From NCBI GenBank assembly GCA_002633005.1, contig NMRA01000047.1:1229911-1293910 (forward strand): DNA of 64,000 nt, read 5' to 3'. The notes under the pieces were generated by a model. It saw nothing but the letters and a program-made list of their open reading frames with translations, was not told the DNA's origin and searched no databases. This document shows, piece by piece, positions 1-37,445 of the stretch (positions within the stretch are counted from its first letter, which is position 1; each line of letters opens with the position of its first letter). Source of the stretch: Phoronis australis. Taxonomy: Eukaryota; Animalia; Phoronida. The position numbers and the translations under genes were made by a program.

Positions 1-816
1 AATATTGCTTTGGATTTCAGTGTCCAAATTTTAGAGAGTGTCCCAAACCGGAGAAGTTTTACTGCAGATTAGGTTAACTCAGGCACTGTCCCTAACTTGG
101 TATTTCTATGTAATTGTATGTTAATATTGTGAGTTCATCTTGACGTGGTCTTGAATGTGACTTTTTTAAATTTAGTGATGATTGATGTTACATTTAAATC
201 TTTCACATCCAAGTTTCTCAGGAACAGGATTTCCCATTAATGGTAACAAATAACTTTTGAGAATCAGTAGAATGTGGCATGCAGTCACTAAAACGTTCTA
301 AAATTGTTATTTGCCAGTGGAATCTTACGACACTCACATGGTAAGTTGCTGTTAGATTGTTTTATGATATTTTAAAATTATAGCATCATACGCCAGATAG
401 AGTACTTGAGATTTCAGGTGAGAAAACACTACCAACAGACAATAAAGGTTTTTGTTGAAATATGTACCCTGCTGGCCCGTGTACATACCTCGTCTCGCGT
501 CTGACTTTTAGTCAATTAAACATGGACGTAACATCAATCTCAACTCGGAAAGTAAGCAATCAACAAAAATTTCTTCAAAAAAACAAAGAATACCCAAAAA
601 ACTTGACTTTTGTTAGGGGTTTGATTAAACTGTGGTCCTCTTGTCTTGAACTGTAGTTATCTCCACTGAAATTTAGGATTAAATAGGTGAAGAAGGGGCA
701 ATTACCCAATTAAGGGATTGAGGCATTTGTCAGGGAATGTGTAAATTGACGTAAGGTGCCTTTGGTGGTGAAATATTTAAAAAACTACTAATTGGTGTAA
801 TTATGACTTTTTGCAG

Positions 817-1132
817 ACAACTACCAGACTTAAACCTACCCAACAACCCTTATGAGTTTAGTGAAGCACCTGCTGAAGATGTTGCCAAAGAAAGCGACGC
901 TGAACCATCCGTTCCAGAAGTGTTAGAAGTGGGTGATATACCTCTGCCATCGGACATTCCACTTCCTGTGGAGTACCCTGAGAAACAGGAACAGGAACCG
1001 CCAAAGTCACGTTTTAAAGAAAAGCGCGTCTTGCTGAGTGATACACAGACACTGGGTGCCAATGTTGGCTTTAAAAAGCGAAAATTAAACTCTGGAAATA
1101 GAAGCCTAAGGCAAAAAAGAGATGATGATTAG
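817..1132 (+). CDS. WBP4: Terminal coding exon of a WW domain-binding protein 4 (FBP21)-like gene; upstream exons lie outside the window
   Basis: Acceptor ttttgcag ends at 816. Translation LPDLNLP...KSRFKEKRV...VGFKKRKLNSGNRSLRQKRDDD* matches my recollection of the WBP4 C-terminus pattern (DLxLP, FKEKxV, FKKR, RxLRQR-DD). Confidence 0.75.
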
Positions 1133-3145
1133 TGCTCCGTGAATGATGATCAACATCTGTGTAATAATTGTTAAACATCTGGAGTCCTGGGTAAAATTAT
1201 TGAGAGTCGGGTTATGTTGGTGGTTGACACCCGTGTAATACTTGTGCACGATCATGTATAGATGAAAACTCACACCCACCTAGTGTACGTATCTGTGCCT
1301 GAGGCTCTAGAACAGTTGTGTGTGGCCAATAGGGAACTTTTCATATTGTCACTCTCTAGAGAATGAACGTCACTTCCGATTGATCCTGACTCAGATTTGG
1401 TTGACAGAAATTCAATAACTACACAGTCACTCTGTGGTACATAATTATAAGAGTAGAGGAATAAATTCCACTGCCAGGTTCTCTCATTGTTTGATAGGTT
1501 AAAGTTCACTAATTTATTTTAATTTTTTGACACTGGCTGGAATCGAAATTCTTGCTTTATCACCAGCAGTCAGGGACTTTGTCGCAGATATACACGTTTG
1601 CAGTGGGAAATGATGGAACAGGATGCCCTGTTGAAACACTTTTCATACCTTTGAAACTTCCCGTCCGCATTACATGGGATCAGTAGGTGGCGCTGAACAC
1701 CTGTCCACCAAACCCTGATTGCTGTCTGGTGGTTTAGTGAATTTGTAGTGGGGCTATCTAGTTGTCTTTGTGTCCTGCAATCGATCTTCTTCAATCCAAA
1801 AATATTTAAATATTTAAATTGTTGGCATTGCACTTTAGACTATTTTAATAATTAAAACCTATGAGATCTTCAGACTTTCATCTAACAACTTTGGCCCTAT
1901 TTGTCATATTTTTACTTGTTTTAGGTATTGTTATTTTTGTTTTCCTACTGAAACTGAGGTTCTGTTTTTGGAGCATCTGAGTACAAGTCATGTGGGATTT
2001 ATTTGAATATTGCCCTGAAAAACTGTTGTTCTGCTACTGTGCATTACATTAAGAGAACTTCAGCTATGTCAGGACATCAGTTATGGTGCTGGACTTGAGG
2101 TGCAACTCTTGGTTAAAGATACCCTTTCTGCTTTCAAAAAATGAATCAGTCTAGCCCAAACATTTTCCGAAAAAGTGATCTTTCAACAATTAATCAAATG
2201 TGTTCAGATTAAGTAGAATTTGTTATCGAATTTTCATATGACATGAATTACTGGTGGTCCAGCGACATAGATAGTGGCGGCAATGACTTAACTATCTTGA
2301 AGTCTATAGCCTAGATCACAGCTCGTCTACTGGTTCCGGAAGTCTACGATCAACGCATGGAGGGCACGTGTGTGACGTGTTGTATTTCAAGTCACAGACT
2401 GGCGGCAGAGGGTATTTGTCATGTAAAAGATCTAGGGTGTGCTTATTTTTTACTGCAGCTTGGGAAACTTCAAAAATCACACTGGCAAAATATTGTACGT
2501 CCCGTTGTGATCTGGTTTTTTGATGACTGCTACTGTAACAGTTGAGCGGCATTTAACTTTGCTGTTATGAATTGCCTGTACAGACAACATTTACATATGG
2601 GAACTTAATTTCCAAATGTTCCTATTTTAGTAACGTCAAAATTCAAACCTATTTCGCTTTTCTCTTACTTTATTGGTAAATGCGCTTATATTTGTGTAAA
2701 TGTTGTCTTCTAGCTGGGTAAAATGTCCGTTGGAGAGAAGCCCTAAAATTTTATATCCTTTCATATTTATGGGTCCCAACCTAAGTAGGGTACACTTGAT
2801 CCTTCTCTTGATGTTTTGTTGTATGTTTTCCCACTCGGGACGTCAAGGATGGATTCAATTCATTCTCTTTTCCTGTTTTTGTGGAATCGCACAATCTTAT
2901 ATGTTACGGAATGTCTCTCTTATTGGAGTGTCACTCGAAGGTGTATTTAAGTGCCGTTCTTTTCCAATTTCTTAATGATACAGCCTTTCAAATTAAGGAG
3001 CTCCCTTTCAGACGAGGTCATTTCTTGCAGGGGCGGCCTGGTACAATTGCCCCTTTGCGCCCCCCCCCCCCTATTAACCCGGCTCTGTCAACTTTTCAGG
3101 GATGGAAGTAAATAAAATTTCGAATTGGTCGAGAAAACCATAGAC

Positions 3146-3290
3146 ATGGGCGGCTCACCATAGGGGGCTTGGGGGGGGAGGGGGGCTATAGCCCAACACT
3201 TTTTTCAGTGCTGCGCCGCCCATGGTCTGTGGACGGGGCACCACAGGGGGGCTGGGGACTATAACCCTCACCTTTTCAGTGGTGCGCCAC
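3146..3290. mobile_element. Two adjacent short GC-rich MITE-like copies
   Basis: CATGGGCGGC...GCCGCCCATG inverted ends (about 3146-3224), followed by a degenerate second copy sharing the G-tract, ctata and ttttcagtg. Confidence 0.5.
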
Positions 3291-5199
3291 AAATGACGGA
3301 ACATGTTCATGCGAAACACTGAATCGGGAAATGCAGCTCAAACAACCAAAAATGTGAGATTGCGTCAAAAAAAACACACGAGGGTAGAGTTGACGTTCGA
3401 AAAGCTTGAAGACCACAAGGACGATATTCCTGATGAATTTATAACTATAAATATCGATATTTTTTCCAGTCTTTCATTTGACGATGGTTATTAGAAAACC
3501 CCGGTTATATTTCTGACAGTCCACTTAATTTACGTCTTCTGATTTATAGAGTGCGAACGTCGCAGTCAAAATCAGACGAGCATAATTGAAAGCCACAGTG
3601 TGGGCAGGAGAATAGCTTTTTCTAGTAACGTGAATAAACGTTTTTCAGTTATTTACCGAGCAGTAGGTTATCTGTTGCCTGTTAAACACGTGTTAAATGT
3701 CTGGTTGAATTTGTGTGGAAAATATTTTCTCTCTGTGATCAAGCATTAAAAAGATAAAAGAGTTTTGATACCACCACAGTACATAGAATGTTTCAAGTAA
3801 AGGTTTTATTTAATAATCACAAACGGTGCTTGAAACAACAATCAATACCTGGAAAGATTTATTGAAAATTCTCGGGCACTCGCACAAAGCAATGTTCTGG
3901 ACAATTTATTTTCATGCAAAACGAAACTAGTTTTATACATGTTTGTTAGTTGTGATATGTGCTCTTCTTCAAAACCAGAGTCAGTTGCCATCTATGTTGT
4001 ATAGTGGTGAATCACGTTGTAATAATTGCGTGGCCGTATTTCACCGCAATTGCAAAATGTTGACACACCACTGTGTGTAGTCACCTCGTTCTCGAGCATT
4101 CAGCATGAGGATTGCCATTTTCGCAAATCCATATTCTTTGGCTGAAGGACCAGGTCGTTGGAAGACCGTTGATTGAAGTGGAGGACGTTTGGACATACTG
4201 TACTAAAGAATGTGACTTGGTCAGAGTAGGTTGAGCTAGTGATCAGACATTCCTTTGGTCATTTGGCAGACTGGACTCAAATCGCGAAGTCGTTTGTCGC
4301 TGATTGAAGATTAGTACGCGAGTGCGCAGAATGTCAGGTTCCCACACTGTAACTGAGCAACGGAGGCTGACTGTATTTTTAGACGCGTGGACATGGATGC
4401 TTCGGCGCCATTGCAACATGGACACACTTTCCGTACGATTCTGCCATTGGTTGCATCCAACTTGTCGAAGGTACGAATTTATATCAGGAAACGGTAGAGC
4501 ATGAATCTTCTCTGCCGCTGACGTACTTTCCCGGTTTGAACGAGTCAATTTGTTACCAATTAGACAATCCACAACAGGTTTTTCGGGTGGTTTCGAGCTC
4601 ACCAAGATACAATGTTCTATTTCCGCTTGACGTCACCGTGTACCTCACAATTGGAAATGGGACAATACACGGTTTTACGAATTCCATAGGATTTGATTCT
4701 TTTTAGGGGGAATTCGATTATTTTCTAATCGATTCTTGTTTGTCAAATTACTGTCGAATATAAATAGTTATTACTCGTAACAATTATAGCAACGAAATTG
4801 TTAAATATTATAACATTCTAACTAATGAACGACCCTGAGTTGTTTATTTGTTCATGATCATCTCAATAATACATTTTAAAAGTAAGTCGTAACTTTGTAA
4901 GACAGTCAAAGGCGAAAATTGGAACAATGAGTTGAATCGAAATGGACCTTGACGTATCGAAGTCGGTCGCTTTTCGATTACATTCAGATTCGTCGCACCG
5001 GTATTTATATATAAAACTATATTTGTACACGATAACGTCGTGCGGAAAATAACGAATATTGCTTCGAATTTCATTCCTACTTATTAACAGAAAATCTGTC
5101 AATCTGTGACGTCATGGTATGAAAACCTTAAGGTTATGCAGGACCTTATCGACTAGTCCGTGTACTTAGCAAAATATCTACAAAACTAGACATTTTTAA

Positions 5200-6506
5200 A
5201 GGCGAAGGCAACCTGTTTTCATGTCATTTTTAGCAAAAATAAGGTTCGTTGATTATCCCAGACATATTTTTCACTTATTTACTGCTTTTCGTAATTTAAT
5301 TAATTACTCGTCGTCTACTCCGGAAGTGGCGTTTTGGGAGGAAAGCATTTCGCGCCAATTTCTTTTCATATAGTCTGACTGTGAGAGCAGTCGAGTCGGT
5401 CATTGTTTTACTTCGGTTGTGATAAGTTCGGTCGTCGTTTGCCTTTGCTTACGAGTCAGTCAACATGCCACACTGTTGCTGCGTACTGGGTACACTCATT
5501 ATCGTCTCACGTACAGAGGAAGAACTGTCCCACTTGCCCGAGTGTCCCGCAACACACTCCCACTGGAGGGTGATCTGAGCACCCAAACTGCTTGCATCCC
5601 GCCGTGTGACACCTGGCACCTTCCAAATAGCTCCAATACAAGTCCACAATAAACTTATCAAACTTAGGCACACCGATCTGTTCATTGGATGACGAACTGT
5701 CCTCTTCACTGGGTGTCGAACTGTGCCTGTATTCACTCCCACTACTCAACATCGCTACAGGGCTGCTTACAGGCTCTGCCGGGACTAGAGACAACAACAC
5801 AGGGAGAATCACTGCTAGTTCCCGGAATTGCACGCAATGGGCTACGTTCGGAGGCACGGGTTACAGTAGATGAAGTGCTTTCAGTAACTGTATATAGTGG
5901 CCAAAGCTCGCGAGGCTTCTCGCTTCAAAAACGCACTTTTCGGGGTTGGCGACGGGGCACTGCCGGGAATCAACAGCGACGGTATGATACCCTTCTTCAG
6001 GCGTTGTTTCGCAGGGACCTTCATCAATTCAGCGTACATATCTCTGTCATAATCTGACTGCAGAAAATGCTTGCCACACACTCGGTAACCCTCCACTGCT
6101 TTGTACGTTGCGTGGACGGGTAGCGCTGCGTTCTTCACATGAACGGGCTAGTCAAGTACGGCGAAGTGTGGAGTCATCCTTCGGAAAGCGACGCAAGGTA
6201 CCCAAAGCGCGTGTGAGACGATAATGAGTACATCCCGGCACGCAGCAACAGCGTGACATGTTGACTGACTTGTAAACAAAAGCAAATGACTATCGAACTT
6301 ATCACAAACGAGGTAGAATAATGACTGACTCGACAGCTCTCACAAAATTGGCGCGAAACTCTTGCCTCCCAAAACGTCACTTCCGGAGTAGAGGACGAGA
6401 AATTAATCAAGTTACGAAAAGCTGTAATTAAGTGAAAAATGTGTCTGGGATAATCAACGAACCTTATTTTTGCTAAAAGTGACATGAAAAAAGGGAGCCT
6501 TCGCCT
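5200..6506 (-). mobile_element. Non-autonomous Kolobok-type DNA transposon (copy 1) with about 310-bp inverted arms
   Basis: TTAA|AGGCGAAGG...CCTTCGCCT|TTAA (duplication at 5196-99 and 6507-10). Carries a frameshifted THAP domain (RVCGKHF) on the minus strand, about 5881-6259. Same family as 18816-20457. Confidence 0.85.
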
Positions 6507-7134
6507 TTAACTCGGTGAAAGTACATGTATATCCACTGCCTGAAAGCTGAAAACCTGTAGAATTTGATGATTGACTTTATGCTATGAATTAGGACTATGT
6601 TTTTTTGTAGCAAAATTTAGAAAAAAAGAAAGGTACACTCAAAGCAAAACAACGGTATCAATAACATGACTAAATTTCGTTTCATATTGTTCAAGATGAA
6701 ATTTCAAAAACACTGTTACAGTTTTCTAAATTGCCAAATTTGAGCATTTTTCGAACATCTTTCATAACCTTTATGACCGTTTGTTATGACTTCTTGTGGG
6801 CCAGGTGAAATACTACTCCGTCGACCTTGGAAAGAATTTTCACAGCGTCGTAAACGTGCCTTCCATCCAGTTCTACACGTCGGTTTGTGATCCGCCATGG
6901 CATTGTTGGAACGGGGTTCCAATAGACGCCCTTTTTAACTGTCAACGAAAAACAAACCAGAATAGTTTTAAACAATTATTCTGTGAATGCTAAAATCCAG
7001 TTGTGTGACTCGCACTTTCAATACATTTCAACTATTCTAAACGTGTGTTTTTGTTAAGTATTTTTCAAGTAGTTCGATGAACAGGTTGGCATAGGCCTAC
7101 TTATCGCAATAAAATTATCCTCTAGGGAGCAAAA

Positions 7135-7500
7135 ATCAGAATACGTCAAATCCATCCGTAGACGAGAGAATGACGGCCTCCTTGATAAATACTAATTTGT
7201 TAAATTTCGGGAAATTCCATCCAACGATACAGAGGTGAACGTACAAACATAAAATTGCTCCTGCCGTCGCATCCCTGATATGGATATGCCTGGAAATTTT
7301 CATAATCACCAACCAAAGGCTTTGGATATATATAGCAGCAGACGCCGCACGGACGGACGGACGGACAGACGGACGGACAAGGATGACCACATAATGCGCC
7401 CACCGCGCGCGCGCACACACACGCGCGCGAGCACACGTACACACATATGTGGGCGCACAGAAAATGATTTCCATCCCCAATCAGATCATTCAAGGCGTTG
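7135..7500. repeat. Interspersed repeat with (GACG)n, (GC)n and (CA)n microsatellites; possibly a non-autonomous Helitron/DINE-1-like element
   Basis: GACGGACGGACGGACAGACGGACGGACA at about 7350-7380, then CG and CA runs. The family assignment is inference and the boundaries are approximate. Confidence 0.4.
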
Positions 7501-8006
7501 GTAAGTAGAAAATCTCATATCGCTTTGAATCTTCTTGACAGATTTGGATAACCCTTGAAAATTGAACCGCGTAGTATCAATCACAGGCTATCAAACAGTT
7601 CCCTTTAATGGTAGACACCAGTTGTTATTATGACAAGGACATCTTTGATACCTGTTTGTTAGAGTTAATCATGCACTTCGTAAATTTCAAATTTTGAGAG
7701 TCCTCCTTCAGGAGCTGCCAGTTTATATCAGAAGCCAATGCAAGGGTTTGTGGGTAGATGCAGACGACAATGTGTCGTGATGAGACGGTATAGATATATA
7801 GATACATGGGATTGAACGCTGCGTGGAGGAAGGAATTTTACTTAAAAGAAACAGGAAAATAGAATACATAAAGATATTTGAAAAGAGCGTCTAAAACGTG
7901 TACTACACGCGAAGTAGCCTTATGAGGGTATATACAGAATCGTGCGCCAAGGAGAAAATCTCAACATGAAAAACGAACTAGAATTTAGACTATCGACATG
8001 GAACAC

Positions 8007-8536
8007 GAAACAGGCCTCAAACTTTTGCTAATGGTTTTATCTCTACTTGAGGTAGGGAGTTTGAAACGTTTCACTAACCTGTACGATTCTTTGGTGAAGT
8101 AAAGCTTTAACAAGCGCTGTGAAAAGATTATTCAGCATCGCTTATCAGTGATTTTCGGCAAGGTATAAATTCGCATCGACGGATGTATTCCATCGTGCAG
8201 TGTATTTTTCAATTTAGAGAGGCGCATCGAGTTGTGCTTAGCTGCTTACGGGGAACAATTCCTGCACCTACTCTAAAAGTGCATGAGTTCATCGTTGCAA
8301 GACTTTGTCTTAATTAGACAATCCTGCCAGCTCAACTAGGCCATCTTTACAGAAATTATTTCAGGCCTCCTCGTGCTTTATCGGACTAAATATAACAAGC
8401 GTCTGAAAAACCGCTGGGACGCTGCCGAAAACTCAATAATATATAAAATTGAAAGTCTGAAAACTGAATTTCCAACCTCTACTGGAAAAAATTGTTAGCA
8501 AAAGTTTTGTCCCTGTTTCTGGAGAATCACCTTGTA
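8007..8536 (+). mobile_element. Internally deleted Tc1/mariner-superfamily element
   Basis: Inverted arms gaaacagg..aaacttttgctaa and ttagcaaaagtttt..cctgtttc; the right end finishes ...caccttg|TA. A transposase C-terminal remnant NLERRIELCLAAYGEQFLHLL* lies at about 8211-8276. Confidence 0.65.
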
Positions 8537-8699
8537 CGTGTGGAGTATACATGAGAAATACACGTAGTGTGCATTCATGCAACGCAAAATGCGTGTGAAG
8601 GGACACATTTTACCAAGCCCATTGGATAGAATTCGTCAATTTCCGTGTGACGTTATCGTGCACATTACAACATGTATGTATATTATGGCCAAAAATGAC

Positions 8700-8920
8700 A
8701 CTGTACATACATTTTCATAAACTCAAATTTCCCGTCGTAGGTGAACGTTGTCTTCAAATGTGCGGACTCCAGTCACACGGTCGATCATTCTTCTGTTTGA
8801 AAGCCATATGACTTGCCGCATGATTGATGTTCGCATATGCGTAGATAACGTTCACCTACGGCAATCTTTGCCTACGGGGAGGAAATCTGAGGCTACGAAA
8901 ATATCCGAGGTGTTCCGTGT
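8700..8920. mobile_element. MITE-like hairpin repeat, related to 31659-31856
   Basis: Shares ctcaaatttccc..aggtgaac and tgaggct.cgaaaata..cgaggtgttc with the 31.7-kb copy. Confidence 0.5.
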
Positions 8921-9725
8921 ATAACTACGTACACAATCGCTCGGAAACTGACCAATCTTGTACCAAATGAGCGTCTATTTTACAGGGGGAATATGCAGAA
9001 CATGTATACATGGTAACCATAACAGATAAATTCTTTATGACCGTATATACACAGTGAGTGAAAAAGCACGCAAGGAGGGATACATTGTACGCTTACTGCG
9101 GATATGCACTACGCGTTCGAAGGGATATATTCTACAGAAGGAATTACACATTTACGTAGAGCAGAAACGCACTGCGCGAAAAACGCTTTTAGTAAATATT
9201 CTATGGGATAAACATATGCATCTATCGTGGGAGCACATCTCCGTGCAAACGTGTGAAGGAATATATAAGCAACATGAGCGCTGTCGGAGTACACCTCGGT
9301 AAAGTAAGTGGGATAGGATTACGTATTCTACGTTGGAATCACATTTAAAACTCTATTACAATTGGGTGTAACAAGGGCCAGAAATTACGACATTATGGGG
9401 ATCCTCACCTGTTAGCGCAACCGCCACCTCAGCAGATGCTCATGAAATAACGTTCAGAGTGTTCAATGTACATAGTTATTTAAATACATTCCATTAATCT
9501 CAGAGGACCTGTTGATGTTCCTCAATGGCATGATGACCTTTCAATTTTGTAATAACTTTAACTATACACCATTAAGCATGCCTTTGTAGAAAAAGTTGTA
9601 ATAGCCATTTTCAGGTTTCTCGCATTTCGAGAACCTGTCCAGTTTTCTCCACTGCATCAAACTGGTTCTGAAAATCCGAGACCCAGTTAAGTGGCAATTG
9701 CCGAAAAAATTAAACTTGAAAATTT

Positions 9726-35020
<25,295 letters not shown>

Positions 35021-36478
35021 TTCGGGTTTAGAGACAAGACAATGACGTAGTGTTAAAGAAGATACAGGCGACTGAGTCTACAGCATCATGAGGCGAAGGC
35101 GAACCTCTAGTTAATAACATCTAACCGGAAAAGATGACTACCATAACAAGTATGAGAAAAATCAATTAGCGAAGTTGATCGTCAATAAGGCCGCAGAAGT
35201 ACAAGTTAAGTGGATTGTAGAGTATAGAAGCATAGGCGATGAGTGTGAGACTAACTAGGAGCAGGATATGTGAACTAGGTTTTGGAGACCTCTGTCTTCA
35301 CAAACGATAAGTGCCATCCGAAATAGCAAATAGAAGAATATGTGAACTACGTTTTGAAAACAGGACCCCTTCAACTTTTAATTACTCTTGCTCTCGTATG
35401 AACCACCACTCAGAAAATTGAAGTTGCTCTTCCACGCATATTTACGGATGAAAAACAATACACAATGCGCTAAAGTTTAACAGGTGAAGCCACGAACATA
35501 CCTCACAATTTTTACTACCTTTCAAAGGTTTTTTTAGAGCGCAAACTTGCTCACATCATTAATCAAAGCTAAAAAAGTAAGAGATCTGGCGGGAAATAAC
35601 TGCCGTACGACATCATTTAGACTCGCATGCCTATTCAGTATTGTACCATGTGCCTCCCCAGCAACACTCCTTCAGTATATCTGATTGTCTTCTTTCTCCG
35701 TTGGTAATAGGAATTGAGTTAGAGACTGAATGGTGCACATTTAAGCCTCCCGAGAAATGAAAGACTGGAGAAATGGCCTGCATGACGGCGACTTCCGACC
35801 TCAGTTTGGCCACCTCAGTTTTCATTTGGCGACCTGTGATTTGTGCTAAATTGATTTAGCAGGTTGGCGTTAAGCTAAGCGTCGGACACAGTGGTTACAC
35901 TCTTTCACAGTGGCTACTGAAAAACAGTCCCAGTTTCTTGGAATTCCGTTAAAAAGACGATGGTCGACTGGGAAACTCGTTTCTGAAGCTTCACTTATAT
36001 GTGTGCACATTAGAACAACGTAGGGAAGAAGGCGAATTGTATCGAATGAACGTGTTCGCCATAACGTACGCGAGTACGCAATAATTTATTTGTTTAATAA
36101 TTGGAAGTTTGAGTTCCGTAAGTGGCAGATTCTTGGTGTCGTCAGGGGTGTGCAAATGATCTACAATTTGTGAAGGCAAAATAAGAGGGGGGGGGGGGGG
36201 NGAGAGATGCTATCCTAGGGCCCAGGTGAAGGGAAAATAAAATTGACTTTTAGATTGGCTATCGTTGGTTTTTATTAGAAGAGTAATTTTAAAATTGATC
36301 GAAGCCAGAGCAATTGTGCATAGTACGCCATGATTTAGAGCACACATGCGGAAGAAAAATGCAATTTTACTACCCCCTTTTGCATAAAAAACGTGTATCA
36401 CCAAATTAATGCATTACCCTCATACAAAAATATGACTTAAGTGTATCTACCATCAGTTACGTTGGGACGATGTCTTAA

Positions 36479-37445
36479 AGTGTACACTACATGACTCTAG
36501 TACCTCAAAATAAATTTCATTATTATATCTTACTTGATTTCAGTGCCTTTAGTGCACAGCTCATAAAGAAACACGCAAAAATTGAAAAAATAATAATTAT
36601 GTACAACGTCATGGGTTGAACCCAAGTCGTTCGCCATACTGTTCGGATCAGAGACAAAGTGTAAACTATAGAGTGAAGTGAAAGCAAAGTACATTTAGCG
36701 TCGAGAAGGTTCGTAGAGGGATCAAAAGATGTGTTGCCGGAGGCTGCAGCAACAGCAGCCAGGCGGAGAACATCTCGGTGTTCCGAAGGACACCAAAGTT
36801 GCGCAGAAGTGGCATCGCTTCGTGCGCCGAACGAAAGTGTGGGACCTCACCGTGGACCAAGCAATTCGGTCCAGGGTCACTCTGTGTTTTGCCCACTTTG
36901 AGGACTCGTGTTTCGACTCCAGTCACAGGAGATGTTACGATGAAGGCCTGGTTCAATAAAGGACAAAATTTATCATTCAGAAACATCGGCTCTTAATTCA
37001 GGATCGTCTGATGGATGACTGGGTTGACTTGCCGAGCACGAGGTCGCTTCTCTCGCGGGAGGATCCAGTTCGTAAGGCTCAAAGTAGAAAAGTACGTAGC
37101 CTGAAGCACATCAAACTTGTTCTCGCTTTCGTGCAACCCCATTTCCTCATCCTGGCCACCATTCCCGTACGTTTCTTCATAGCATTCATTCAATTCTTGC
37201 TCATAATCGTCGTCGCTTTCAAATTCACTGCTCTCCACCATTATTCAATGCTAGTCACTGATTTCTTGTGTTCAACCCATGACGTCACATGGTGGGAAAT
37301 GTGAAAATTGGCAAAATCGAAAGAAAAATCAAAATTTCGAGCTAATTACACAAAATAAACATGGGTTTAGCTAAATTTCACGTCATATATTTAGTCTGTG
37401 GCCACCGGTAATTCAAAATGTGCAAAAATCCATGGTGTGTACTGT
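36479..37445 (+). mobile_element. Non-autonomous Kolobok-type element of a second family
   Basis: TTAA|AGTGTACACTACATG...CATGGTGTGTACTGT|TTAA. Frameshifted THAP on + (KRCVAGGCSN...PKD...KW...LCFAHFEDSCF, about 36721-36920) faces an acidic KolX-like N-terminus on - (37241 down; YFEPYELDP in a shifted frame). Confidence 0.75.

Noticed and set aside
4243-4605. 120-aa ORF between WBP4 and the receptor
   Set aside because: Non-ATG start, no recognisable motif and no supporting splice structure.
5200-6506. piggyBac element, suggested by the TTAA duplication
   Set aside because: The termini begin AGG rather than CCY, and the cargo is THAP, which fits Kolobok.
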